This document shows, piece after piece, positions 9,846 through 19,573 of a stretch of DNA of 64,000 nucleotides. The notes beneath the pieces are model-generated. The model was not told where the DNA came from. It saw only the letters and a program-made list of their open reading frames with translations, and did no database searches. Source of the stretch: Chitinophaga pinensis (lineage in GTDB: Bacteria; Bacteroidota; Bacteroidia; NS11-12g; UBA9320); contig CAMDBP010000004.1 in NCBI GenBank assembly GCA_945889315.1, positions 4,702-68,701 of the forward strand, in the 5' to 3' direction. Both the position numbers and the translations under genes were made by a program. Each line of letters begins with the position of its first letter. The stretch's first letter is position 1.

Positions 9846-10276
9846 TGCAATTGGCTAAAATTCAATATTTCTCTCTGTTGTGGTTTGTCAAGTGCAAAGC
9901 AAAGAGATATTCCCTTAAGTTTTGCAAATAACTTAATGATTTCCGGATTTAATTCTTCATCACCAATTGCACAGAGTAAATAATCCACCTTTTTATAACG
10001 GGGGTAGAAAAGAGATTTCGTGCCTTTATTCCTGATTGCTAAAAACTGTGTTTGATCCTCTAAATAGGTTATCAAGAAACTTGCATGTGCGCTTTTATCC
10101 AAATAACCTTCTACATCCTCATAAAATTCTACTAAAAAATCTGGATGACATTCTATCTCAAATCCTAATCTAATATGACGTAAAGCAGTTGAAACACCAT
10201 ATATAATTGGGTATTCAAGCTCTAATTCGTCGAGTGTAAATTGGTTGCTCATGTAGGGTATAAAATACAAGTGCAA
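9842..10276 (-). CDS. IPExxxVDY-family conserved hypothetical protein
   Basis: 144 aa with YPRYKKVDYLL at the position of the family motif. It overlaps the pyk start by 4 nt. Confidence 0.45.
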   Translation of the reverse strand: MHLYFIPYMSNQFTLDELELEYPIIYGVSTALRHIRLGFEIECHPDFLVEFYEDVEGYLDKSAHASFLITYLEDQTQFLAIRNKGTKSLFYPRYKKVDYLLCAIGDEELNPEIIKLFAKLKGISLCFALDKPQQREILNFSQLQ

Positions 10277-10348
10277 GTTTAATGTAAATTAATGTTGTAG
10301 TTTTTATGTAAAAAATAGTTCTTTGCAGCACTTTAATAAATAAAAATC

Positions 10349-10582
10349 ATGTCTGAAATAGCAGAAAAAGTAATCGCAATCATCGTAGATAAGTTAGGCG
10401 TAGAAGAATCAGAAGTAACTACTGAAGCAAGTTTCACTAATGATCTTGGTGCCGACTCTCTTGATACCGTAGAGTTAATCATGGAATTCGAAAAAGAATT
10501 TAACATTGCAATACCTGACGAACAAGCAGAAAAAATTGCTACCGTTGGTGACGCAGTTAGCTATATTACTGCAAACGTATAA
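10349..10582 (+). CDS. acpP: acyl carrier protein
   Basis: 77 aa with the [11 protein letters not shown] phosphopantetheine attachment motif. Confidence 0.95.
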   Translation: MSEIAEKVIAIIVDKLGVEESEVTTEASFTNDLGADSLDTVELIMEFEKEFNIAIPDEQAEKIATVGDAVSYITANV

Positions 10583-10607
10583 TCCCATTAACCCAAAACC
10601 ATAGCGA

Positions 10608-11858
10608 ATGCAACTCAAGCGAGTAGTAGTCACAGGAATAGGCGCTCTTACACCAATAGGCAATACTGCCCAAGAATATTGGAGTGCTCTATCTAAAGGA
10701 ACAAGCGGTGCTGCACCCATCACGCGTTTTGATGCTGAAAAGTTCAAAACGAGATTTGCGTGCGAACTGAAAAACTTTAGCATTGACGACCACTTAGACC
10801 GCAAAGAAGCACGCAAAATGGATCCATTTACCCAATATGCTATGGTAGCAGCTGATGAGGCTGTTATGGATAGCGGTATTATGGACACTGAATTTATACC
10901 TGAAGAAATTGGTGTAATATGGGGTTCTGGAATTGGTGGACTAACAACATTATCTGTAGAGCTTGGGGATTTTGCTAGAGGAGATGGTACTCCTCGGTTT
11001 AATCCCTTTTTTATTCCTAAAATGATTGGGGATATAGCTCCTGGATATATTTCCATTAAATATGGTTTTAGAGGGCCTAATTTTGGAACTATCTCTGCAT
11101 GCGCTTCATCCAATAACGCTATAATTGATGCGTTTAATTATATTAGGTTGGGTATGGCAAGAGCAATCGTTACTGGCGGTTCTGAATCTTGTGTTACGGA
11201 ATCTGCCATAGGTGGTTTCAATAGTATGAAAGCGCTATCTGAACGCAATGACGACCCAAGCACTGCATCACGCCCCTTTGATAAGGATCGAGATGGTTTT
11301 GTGCTAGGCGAAGGTGCCGCGTCTCTTATCCTAGAAGAATATGAGAGTGCAAAAGCTAGAGGCGCAAAAATATACGGAGAAATTTTAGGCGCTGGAATGA
11401 CCGCAGATGCTTACCACATCACAGCTCCACACCCGGAAGGCTTAGGAGCTCAAAATGTTATGAAAATAGCGCTTAGAGATGCTGGATTAGCGCCTGACCA
11501 ATTAGACTATGTCAATGTGCACGGAACTTCAACACCATTGGGTGATGTAAGTGAGAGTAAAGCCATACTTAATGTATTTGGGGAACACGCATACACGCTA
11601 AATATTAGTTCTACAAAATCCATGACAGGACACCTCTTAGGTGCTGCTGGCGCAGTAGAAGCATTAGCTTGTCTTAGTGCTATTAACACCGGAATCGTTC
11701 CTCCAACGATCAATCATTTTACCGATGATGATCAGTTTGATTCCAAACTCAATTTTACGTTTAATACTGCTCAACATAGAGAAGTCAAATATGCATTAAG
11801 TAATACCTTCGGTTTTGGAGGACATAATGCCTCTGTTATAATGGGTAAATGCGAGTAA
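10608..11858 (+). CDS. fabF: beta-ketoacyl-ACP synthase II
   Basis: ISACASS active-site Cys, HGTSTPLGD and GHLLGAAG motifs. Adjacent to acpP. Confidence 0.93.
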   Translation: MQLKRVVVTGIGALTPIGNTAQEYWSALSKGTSGAAPITRFDAEKFKTRFACELKNFSIDDHLDRKEARKMDPFTQYAMVAADEAVMDSGIMDTEFIPEEIGVIWGSGIGGLTTLSVELGDFARGDGTPRFNPFFIPKMIGDIAPGYISIKYGFRGPNFGTISACASSNNAIIDAFNYIRLGMARAIVTGGSESCVTESAIGGFNSMKALSERNDDPSTASRPFDKDRDGFVLGEGAASLILEEYESAKARGAKIYGEILGAGMTADAYHITAPHPEGLGAQNVMKIALRDAGLAPDQLDYVNVHGTSTPLGDVSESKAILNVFGEHAYTLNISSTKSMTGHLLGAAGAVEALACLSAINTGIVPPTINHFTDDDQFDSKLNFTFNTAQHREVKYALSNTFGFGGHNASVIMGKCE

Positions 11859-11862
11859 TACT

Positions 11863-12603
11863 GTGTTCGGCAGTATTTTAAAATTATACTATTCTTATTT
11901 TTCCAATAATAAAGAAACCTATGTGCTTTTATATAGGGTCTTAGGGTACTGTCCCTCCAATATAGGAATATACAGACAAGCCTTTTTACACAACTCTGTT
12001 GCTCAAATAAAAGAAGGCATTCCAACAAAACTTAACAACGAGAGGCTAGAATTTTTAGGTGACGCTATACTAGATGCTATCATAGCAGAAATGCTCTTTA
12101 AAAAATTCCCATTTAGAGGAGAAGGTTTCCTTACTGAAATGAGAAGTAAATCCGTAAGCAGGAAAAAACTAGCGCAAATTGCTATTGATATGGGATTGCA
12201 CAATTTACTTGTGTTTGACCAAGCAATTAGTAAAAACCAAACTGCCATCCGAACCATAGGAGGAAACGCCTTAGAAGCCCTTATTGGTGCAATATACTTA
12301 GATAAGGGATATGAGTTTACACATCAATTTATTCGAACCAAAATTATCGGAGTACACCTAGATTTTGACGAGCTGAAAGATGTTACAGAAAACTTTAAGA
12401 GCCTGCTAAACCAATATGCTCAAAAGGAGAAAAAAGAGCTTGAATACAGAATTTTGAATACCGAGCCTGAAAGTAAGATCAGAACTTACATTATCGGTGT
12501 CCATTTTGATGGTTCAGAAATTGCAAAAGCTCGCGCTAAATCCAAAAAAGTAGCAGAACAATTAGCGAGTGAGAAAGCTTGCCAAGTACTGCATCTCCTA
12601 TGA
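11863..12603 (+). CDS. rnc: ribonuclease III
   Basis: NERLEFLGDA RNase III signature and a C-terminal dsRNA-binding domain. GTG start and TGA stop. Confidence 0.9.
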   Translation: MFGSILKLYYSYFSNNKETYVLLYRVLGYCPSNIGIYRQAFLHNSVAQIKEGIPTKLNNERLEFLGDAILDAIIAEMLFKKFPFRGEGFLTEMRSKSVSRKKLAQIAIDMGLHNLLVFDQAISKNQTAIRTIGGNALEALIGAIYLDKGYEFTHQFIRTKIIGVHLDFDELKDVTENFKSLLNQYAQKEKKELEYRILNTEPESKIRTYIIGVHFDGSEIAKARAKSKKVAEQLASEKACQVLHLL

Positions 12604-12617
12604 GTATACACTCTTGT

Positions 12618-14144
12618 TTATAGCGTATGCTTCGTGCGTGCGATCTTAACCCGTTCTGCAATACTGTCAAGACCAATTAGTTCCATCATTTCAAAGATAG
12701 GCGGACCACCAGCTTGGCCGCTAATTGCCCAACGTAAAGGCTGCATTAAGGTGCCCTTATTCAAACCGCAATCATCCGCATAAGACTGTAAGTGTTGTTC
12801 CATGGCTGAGGAAGTAGTGAATTTGTTAACCAGCAAGTCATTTATATAATTGTGAATATGATTCGCCACTTCTGGATTCCATTTTTTATGTTGCACTCCT
12901 TCGTCATACGTGGTTGGAAGTGTAAAAAAGTATTCACCTAACGGTAGAATTTCATTAGCAAAACTCACTTTTTCTTTAAGCATATCCAGTACTTTTAACA
13001 GATATTCTTGACCATTTGCAGTGTGCATTGGCTCTAAATCATCCTCTATCAAAGCCAAGAGTTCGTCTGATGTGGCAGACAAAAGATATTGATGATTGTA
13101 CCACTTTGCTTTATCAATATCAAATTTAGCCCCACTTTTTGACACCCGCTCAAGGCTAAAAGCTTTCACTAATTCATCTATTGTAAATAACTCCTTATTA
13201 TCCGCAGGATGCCAACCTAACATGGCCAGCAGATTAACTACAGCGTTAGGCATAAAACCTGATTCTCTATATCCGCTACTTTTTTCACCATCTGCAGCAT
13301 ACCACTCTAAAGGGAATACCGGTATTCCCAGTTTGTCCCCATCTCTTTTACTTAATTTCCCTTTACCGTCAGGTCTGAGTATAAGCGGTAAATGTGCAAA
13401 CTGAGGCATTTTATCTTCCCAGCCTAAATACTTGTAGAGCATAACATGTAACGGTGCCGATGGTAACCATTCTTCGCCTCTAATCACATGGCTAACATCC
13501 ATCTTATAATCATCCACAATATTGGCCAAGTGATACGTTGGTAGGCCGTCTCCTTTTAATAATACCTTATCATCTAACTGACTGCTGTTAAAAACAATCC
13601 AACCTCTTATGATATCATGAAAGCGAATTTCTTCATTTCGAGGTAATTTAATTCTCACTACATAGTCATCACCGTTTTGTAATTTATCCTTTACTTCGTC
13701 GCTGCTTAGCGTCAAAGAATTCTTCATACTCATTCTAGAAATAGCATCATACTTGGCTGCCATATTGTTAGCCATCAGTCTTTCTTTCATGGCATTTATT
13801 TCATCGGGAGTATCAAATGCATAATACGCCTTGTCCTCGCTTACCAATTGATGAGCATATGAGGCATATATATCCATACGTTCGCTTTGCTTATAAGGTC
13901 CATAGTCCCCGCCCTCTCGCACACCTTCATCTACCTTGAGTCCAAGCCAAGCTAGACTTTCATTTATATACTCTTCCGCCCCAGGTACAAACCTTTTTTG
14001 ATCCGTATCTTCTATTCGAAGTAAAAATTTTCCCCCATGTTGCTTGGCAAATAGATAATTATATAATGCTGTTCTAACGCCACCTATATGCAATGGCCCG
14101 GTAGGACTAGGTGCAAATCTTACTCTAACTGGTCTTTCGCTCAC
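12618..14144 (-). CDS. gltX: glutamate--tRNA ligase
   Basis: Class I motifs PTGPLHIGG (HIGH) and KLSKR (KMSKS-like). 508 aa. Confidence 0.93.
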   Translation of the reverse strand: MSERPVRVRFAPSPTGPLHIGGVRTALYNYLFAKQHGGKFLLRIEDTDQKRFVPGAEEYINESLAWLGLKVDEGVREGGDYGPYKQSERMDIYASYAHQLVSEDKAYYAFDTPDEINAMKERLMANNMAAKYDAISRMSMKNSLTLSSDEVKDKLQNGDDYVVRIKLPRNEEIRFHDIIRGWIVFNSSQLDDKVLLKGDGLPTYHLANIVDDYKMDVSHVIRGEEWLPSAPLHVMLYKYLGWEDKMPQFAHLPLILRPDGKGKLSKRDGDKLGIPVFPLEWYAADGEKSSGYRESGFMPNAVVNLLAMLGWHPADNKELFTIDELVKAFSLERVSKSGAKFDIDKAKWYNHQYLLSATSDELLALIEDDLEPMHTANGQEYLLKVLDMLKEKVSFANEILPLGEYFFTLPTTYDEGVQHKKWNPEVANHIHNYINDLLVNKFTTSSAMEQHLQSYADDCGLNKGTLMQPLRWAISGQAGGPPIFEMMELIGLDSIAERVKIARTKHTL

Positions 14145-14165
14145 TTTTACTGCTTTTTAAAGCCA

Positions 14166-14173
14166 CAAAAATA
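14166..14173 (-). promoter_or_regulatory. candidate -7 promoter box for gltX (TATTTTTG on minus strand)
   Basis: Plus-strand CAAAAATA is the reverse complement of TAnnTTTG. It lies 22 nt upstream of the gltX start. Confidence 0.35.
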
Positions 14174-14286
14174 GACCCATTTATTGCAAATTAACCTTCT
14201 ATTTTTAGTCCAATTTACAACGATGTTGTTCTGTTAGCAGGGACAAAGGTATCTGATAGCCAATTTAAACCTTTTTACTTACGTAG

Positions 14287-15837
14287 CTAGTTAAGCATCT
14301 TTAAACCTAGTTTCACACGATACTCTAAAGATTCCGTATATTCCTTATTGTTTTTTAAACTTAACGCTCTATCAAAAAACTTTTTAGCCATTTTTTTATC
14401 CCTTTTACTTGCGTAATATTCCCCCAGATAAATACTTGCATACGATCCATAATACTCGTCACTATGAATAGCGTATAAGGAGCTTGCTTCATAAAATTTC
14501 ATCGCAAGTTCTATATGACCTAGCTTTTCACTAATACGTCCTCTTCTGTAACAATACTCTGCTTTTTGATTGCTATTCGGTAATTCTTTTAATTCAATCT
14601 TAGCGATTACCGCTGCTGCCTTGTTGTAATACCCCCCATCATATAGTAATCGTGCCCGCAATAATTCTTTGTTCGGCCATGGCTTCTTTCCGTATCGGTT
14701 GGCCAATTTATCATCTTCATTAATAGAAACTCCTTTCGTTTCTATTAATTCTTTATATAACTCAGCTTGTTTTCTATCCCCTGATAAAAAATAATACCAA
14801 CTCATTTTTTGAAGGTTGCTTTTTATATAATTTTTTCCTCTATACTGATCTTTAAATTTTTTAAACTCGAGAATTGCTGTCGGATCATCTTTATTCAATT
14901 TAGCGGTACCAAGTAAGAAATTCAACATGACACATGACTCATATTCTGTATCATTCGGTCGATTAAGCAGAAGATTGAATGCGATCTCATTTTTATTTAG
15001 CTTAAGCGCCATATTGCTTCTAAAAAAAGTACTTAATAAACTAGTTTTGTAGTCCTTCGTGGAGCGTAAAGTCTCTATCCAGGCTTTATCTGATTGCTTG
15101 GCTACGTGATACAAGGCAAATGAATATAAGTATGATGCTTCTTTTGCACAACTCTGATATTTAGGAGTTTTATCCCCGTGGTGTGCTATAGACTGCAATA
15201 GGCTTAATCCTTCTTCAAGATCGCCCTTAATCCCTAAAAAATTTACTATCCAAGCGTAATTATCGGGTACTGTAGAAAGGTATACCTTAAGAACACCTCT
15301 CGTTTTATTATTGGGTAAAAATGTGGGAAATTTTGCATGATTTTCCTCAATAAGAGTATGTGCTCTGTGTATATCTCTGGCAGCACTATATACTTCGTCA
15401 AACTTCGCTTTCAGGGTAGCTGAATAGAAGTAAATGTCTGCCAAGGCATACTTCTTATGTGGCTCATTATCATTTAATTGTTGAATTTGTTTAATAGCAC
15501 GTTGCTGTACCAGTACATACGATTTGTAATCGGCGGCATCTTCACTCATAAAAGCTTTAAGGTAAGCGTTAAAATGAAGAAGGTAGTGAGCAGCGCAATT
15601 ATTTTGGTTTGCGATTAATTCTCGAGTTAGCGTTAATCTTGCTTTATCTAATTTAAGCTCAAAATTGTATTTTTGAGCATCTACTAAATTTGGATTTAGA
15701 TGAAAATAAGGTGGTGGTGCTCCATGAGCACCGAAGTTTAGAAATGTAAATAATAAAGCTAAAAGCGAAACCGCAATTTTATTTCTTACGAACTGCTCGT
15801 CTTTTTGGTTTTTCTTCTGCTTCTTCCACATGCTCAT
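14287..15837 (-). CDS. tetratricopeptide-repeat-like secreted protein, unknown function
   Basis: Hydrophobic signal-like segment (IAVSLLALLFTFLNFGAHG) and helical TPR-like repeats with Y/A/L periodicity. The only ATG starts (15837, 15831) overlap the upstream gene. Confidence 0.5.
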   Translation of the reverse strand: MSMWKKQKKNQKDEQFVRNKIAVSLLALLFTFLNFGAHGAPPPYFHLNPNLVDAQKYNFELKLDKARLTLTRELIANQNNCAAHYLLHFNAYLKAFMSEDAADYKSYVLVQQRAIKQIQQLNDNEPHKKYALADIYFYSATLKAKFDEVYSAARDIHRAHTLIEENHAKFPTFLPNNKTRGVLKVYLSTVPDNYAWIVNFLGIKGDLEEGLSLLQSIAHHGDKTPKYQSCAKEASYLYSFALYHVAKQSDKAWIETLRSTKDYKTSLLSTFFRSNMALKLNKNEIAFNLLLNRPNDTEYESCVMLNFLLGTAKLNKDDPTAILEFKKFKDQYRGKNYIKSNLQKMSWYYFLSGDRKQAELYKELIETKGVSINEDDKLANRYGKKPWPNKELLRARLLYDGGYYNKAAAVIAKIELKELPNSNQKAEYCYRRGRISEKLGHIELAMKFYEASSLYAIHSDEYYGSYASIYLGEYYASKRDKKMAKKFFDRALSLKNNKEYTESLEYRVKLGLKMLN

Positions 15838-16570
15838 CTATGCCAGCCATACGAGCGTCTATTTGAATACGACCACACGCTTCGCAAATTACAATTTTTT
15901 TAGCCTGTCTAATATCTGATTGCAATTGTGGTGGAATTTTAGCAAAGCAACCTCCACAAGCTGCTCTTAAGATTGGAGCCACTGCAATACCATTTCTGAA
16001 ATTTAAGCGAATACGATCGTATGCTTTGATAATTTTTTCGTCAATAGTTGCTTTTGCTTTTTCTCTCTCTTCTGTAATTTGAGCTTCTTCTTTCTCTGTT
16101 TCAGCAGTAATTTCTCCTAGCTCACTTTTTTTATTTTCGAGATCTTTCTCACGCTCATCCAAACGTGCTTGTACTTCATTTATCAAATCTCGTTTTAAAA
16201 CCAGTGTACGCTCTACATCTCCAATTTTCTTTTCGGCTGATAAAATGGTAAGGTCTTGAATTTCAATTTCCTTGTTTAAGGCATCAAACTCACGATTATT
16301 CTTCACATCGTTAAGCTGTGCTTTATACTTTCTAATTGCTTCAGTAGATGTCTTTATTTGCTCTCTATTTGCAAAAATTTGAGCATCAAAAGTTTCTAAT
16401 TCAGAGCTGAAATTTTCTAATCTTGTTCTTAAACCTATAAGCTCATCTTCTAAATCTGAAACTTCCATAGGCAACTCACCTCTTACGGCCCTAAGTTGAT
16501 CTAGACGAGAATCAATAGTTTGAAGTTTATAAAGCTGCTCAAGTTTTTGTGCGATTGTTTTTACTGCCAT
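15779..16570 (-). CDS. zinc-ribbon domain protein (COG1579/DUF164 type)
   Basis: Long coiled-coil followed by CGGCF...CEACGR zinc ribbon. Immediately downstream of the Nif3-like gene, which is the usual pairing. Confidence 0.7.
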   Translation of the reverse strand: MAVKTIAQKLEQLYKLQTIDSRLDQLRAVRGELPMEVSDLEDELIGLRTRLENFSSELETFDAQIFANREQIKTSTEAIRKYKAQLNDVKNNREFDALNKEIEIQDLTILSAEKKIGDVERTLVLKRDLINEVQARLDEREKDLENKKSELGEITAETEKEEAQITEEREKAKATIDEKIIKAYDRIRLNFRNGIAVAPILRAACGGCFAKIPPQLQSDIRQAKKIVICEACGRIQIDARMAGIDEHVEEAEEKPKRRAVRKK

Positions 16571-17668
16571 TTATATAAAATACTTTACTGGATTAGTGTT
16601 AACTGCCGTTTTAAGGACCGCAAAGGTAGTAAATTTTTCCCTTAATATATCATATAAAAGGTCAATTGTAAACTTTTCGCTTTCATAATGGCCAATATCA
16701 CATATCATAAGACTATCCTCTGCGTCAAAAAACTCATGATACTTAAAATCTGAAGTAACGTAAACATCTGCTCCAGATGACTTTGCTTGTGGTAATAAAA
16801 ATGCTCCTGAGCCACCGCAAATCGCTATTTTTTTAATTGATTTACTAAATTTGGTATACTTAATTACTTCCAAATTCATAGACGATTTAAGGTGTGTTAA
16901 GAAATCATGTATGGACAACTCATCCTGCAATTCTCCAATCATTCCGCTTCCGATATTCTCGTCTGAATTAAGCAAAGCATACATCTCATAAGCTACTTCT
17001 TCGTAAGGATGGGCTACTTTTAATGCCTCAAGCACCTTGTTTAATTGATGCTTATGCAGCAACACTTCAATCTTTTCCTCATTTTCGGTATGCCTTATCC
17101 CTATTTCACCTACAAATGGATTTGCGCCAATGCCTGCTTTAAAAGTACCCTTTCCCATGGTGGAAAATGAACATTCACTATATCTGCCTATATTACCGGC
17201 ACCACTTTTAAAAAGAGCAGCTTTTATTGCTTCAGCACTATTTACGGGGCAATACGTCACCAATTTAAGCAATTCTTCTGTACGCGGAACTAAAACTCGT
17301 GTATTAACCAGACCCAGCCTTTCAGCAATTTTACTATTTACTCCATGGTTATAAATATTATCTAAATTAGTGTGAATGGCATAAATAGCCACATCATTTT
17401 TTATGGCAAGCTGCACCGTACGCTGCACATAATTCGCATTATTAAAACGCTTTAAACCACTAAAGATTATCGGATGATGCGCAACTACAAGATTACAATT
17501 TTGAGCGATAGCCTCATGTATTGAAGCCTCAATGCAATCTAGGCTAATCAATATCCCTGTTATTTCTGCGCCCACATCTCCTACTAGAAGACCACTATTA
17601 TCATAATTCTCCTGTAAACCAGGTGGCGCAATTTCTTCTAAGTAATTAATAATATTAGAGATGAGCAT
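16571..17668 (-). CDS. Nif3-like dinuclear metal centre protein (GTP cyclohydrolase 1 type 2 homologue)
   Basis: 365 aa. NYDNSGL, AHHP and HYESE motifs with an inserted PII-like middle domain. Confidence 0.85.
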   Translation of the reverse strand: MLISNIINYLEEIAPPGLQENYDNSGLLVGDVGAEITGILISLDCIEASIHEAIAQNCNLVVAHHPIIFSGLKRFNNANYVQRTVQLAIKNDVAIYAIHTNLDNIYNHGVNSKIAERLGLVNTRVLVPRTEELLKLVTYCPVNSAEAIKAALFKSGAGNIGRYSECSFSTMGKGTFKAGIGANPFVGEIGIRHTENEEKIEVLLHKHQLNKVLEALKVAHPYEEVAYEMYALLNSDENIGSGMIGELQDELSIHDFLTHLKSSMNLEVIKYTKFSKSIKKIAICGGSGAFLLPQAKSSGADVYVTSDFKYHEFFDAEDSLMICDIGHYESEKFTIDLLYDILREKFTTFAVLKTAVNTNPVKYFI

Positions 17669-17927
17669 AGGGCAAATGTAATGTTTACCAATACTATTTA
17701 CGCGAAGAAAAAATCAATTCTTAAGCAATGTATCGGTTTTATCCTACCCTGGAAAGCAGCACTTTTCTTGGTCATAGAGTTAATTTAACGTAGAAGAAAC
17801 ACTTTCAACCAACGTAACACACTTTCAATCCTCCACGTAATCTGTTTTAACTTTCTTTGCACTTATTAAAAAGCTGCAAACCATATTATTATTACCATTT
17901 GCCCTGCCGTATTGGGCGGCGACTACT

Positions 17928-18812
17928 TTGCGAAATTTATTTTATGATACTGGCGTTTTCAAATCCACTTCACTTGAGATACCAATTCTGTCTGTAGGCA
18001 ATATAGCCGTTGGAGGAAGCGGGAAAACACCGATAGTAGAATTTTTAATTCGCGAACTGAAAAATGACTATACTATTGCCGTACTTAGCCGTGGTTACGG
18101 TCGTAAAACCGACGGATTTGTATGGGTAGAGGCCAATCTGTCTCCTGAAAAAACGGGTGATGAACCGCTTCAAATTAAAACAAAATATAACCATATAGCC
18201 GTAGCTGTTTGTGAAGACCGAGTGGCGGGTGCAAGGCGTATTTTAGCAGAAAAGCCCGAAATAAATCTCATCATTCTTGATGACGCCTTTCAACATCGAG
18301 CAATTAAACCTTCTTTACAATTACTACTTTCTGTCTACTCAAAACCTTTTTTTTACGATTTGCTGCTTCCCGCTGGCAGACTTCGAGAGCGAAGAAATGG
18401 AGCCCAACGAGCTGATGCTATTATTTTCACCAAGTGCAATGAGAACTACACGCCTTTATCTTGGGAAAACAAGACCATTTTTTATTCTAAAATTGTTTAT
18501 CAAAATCCGACTATAGATAATATGGTTTACGGTTTTAGTGGGCTAGCAGACAATTCTACGTTTAAAAATCATCTTACTGTAAATTATAATCTTGCAGGAT
18601 TTAAAGCATACCCAGACCACTACTCTTTCAAGCAAAAAGATTTAGACGATTTAATCACGCTGGCAGGAAGTGCTACGTTGGTTTGCACCGAAAAAGATTG
18701 GATCAAAATCAAGCATTTGAACGGCCAGGAAAGCGTTAAGCACATCACTATTTTTCATACCATAGAAGGAGCTTCAGACTTTGTTCCTTGGCTAAAGAAA
18801 CACCTCAATTGA
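17928..18812 (+). CDS. lpxK: tetraacyldisaccharide 4'-kinase (coordinates from first canonical start; true start probably upstream, 17865-17883)
   Basis: P-loop VGNIAVGGSGKTP, SRGYGRK and DDAFQH motifs. The same frame stays open back to 17841 and encodes the conserved N-terminal helix (see findings). Confidence 0.85.
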   Translation: MRNLFYDTGVFKSTSLEIPILSVGNIAVGGSGKTPIVEFLIRELKNDYTIAVLSRGYGRKTDGFVWVEANLSPEKTGDEPLQIKTKYNHIAVAVCEDRVAGARRILAEKPEINLIILDDAFQHRAIKPSLQLLLSVYSKPFFYDLLLPAGRLRERRNGAQRADAIIFTKCNENYTPLSWENKTIFYSKIVYQNPTIDNMVYGFSGLADNSTFKNHLTVNYNLAGFKAYPDHYSFKQKDLDDLITLAGSATLVCTEKDWIKIKHLNGQESVKHITIFHTIEGASDFVPWLKKHLN

Positions 18813-19573
18813 AAGCTAAAAAACACTTCGGACAGCATTTTCTCACGAGCAATGAAACTGCACAAACCATTGTAAATGGTTTAGGCGATATCAGCACACA
18901 AGATGTGCTCGAAATAGGTCCAGGCATGGGCATTATTACTCAGTTTATGGTGACTTCGGCTAAGCGATTTCAAGCGGTGGAGATTGATCCAGAAGCTGCT
19001 ACATATTTAGAGCAACACTTCGAAAAGATTGAACTCATAAAAGCTGATTTTTTAAAAATTAATATCCGAGATTATTACCAAGATCAGTTCAGCTTAATCG
19101 GTAATTTTCCGTACAATATTTCGTCTCAAATTGTGTTCAAAATAATTGAAAACTCGTCGCAAATAGAACGTTGGGTTGGAATGTTTCAATTGGAGATGGG
19201 CATACGACTCGTTGCACTACCCAAAGACAAAAAAGATTATGGTATATTGAGTGTTTTAGTTCCTTTTTATTACTCGGTAGAAACCATTATGACGTTACCT
19301 CCTAGTGCTTTTAATCCGCCACCAAAAGTCAATAGTATTGTGGTAAAGGCTACCCGAAGGAACCATGAGTTTAGAGCAGACCCGGTACTTATTAAACACG
19401 TTGTAAAAACTGCGTTCGGGCAACGAAGAAAAACCCTGAGCAATAGTCTTTCCCAAATTATACCAAAAGAAGTGTTTAAAACACATCCTTTTAGTACCTT
19501 GCGACCCGAAAACCTTACTCATCTTGAATTTGAAGAGTTATGCGTTTTTATAGCATCAAATGTCATTAATTGA
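18788..19573 (+). CDS. rsmA: 16S rRNA (adenine1518/1519-N6)-dimethyltransferase
   Basis: KKHFGQHFL, LEIGPGMG and GNFPYNISS motifs. An in-frame TTG at 18809 forms a TTGA overlap with the lpxK stop and is an equally plausible start. Confidence 0.9.
   Translation: MAKETPQLKAKKHFGQHFLTSNETAQTIVNGLGDISTQDVLEIGPGMGIITQFMVTSAKRFQAVEIDPEAATYLEQHFEKIELIKADFLKINIRDYYQDQFSLIGNFPYNISSQIVFKIIENSSQIERWVGMFQLEMGIRLVALPKDKKDYGILSVLVPFYYSVETIMTLPPSAFNPPPKVNSIVVKATRRNHEFRADPVLIKHVVKTAFGQRRKTLSNSLSQIIPKEVFKTHPFSTLRPENLTHLEFEELCVFIASNVIN

Noticed and set aside
10475-11113. Long antisense ORFs opposite well-supported genes. Examples are 10475-11113, 19556-19990, 4695-5210, 44714-45139, 35160-35561, 36810-37202, 9229-9858, 13096-13404, 28149-28457 and 28884-29213.
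   Set aside because: They are shadow ORFs on the opposite strand of strongly recognisable genes (fabF, mgtE, bamA, E1, the acyl-CoA dehydrogenase, thiolase, pyk, gltX, GDH). They have low-complexity Ser/Pro/Leu-rich translations and no family signatures.
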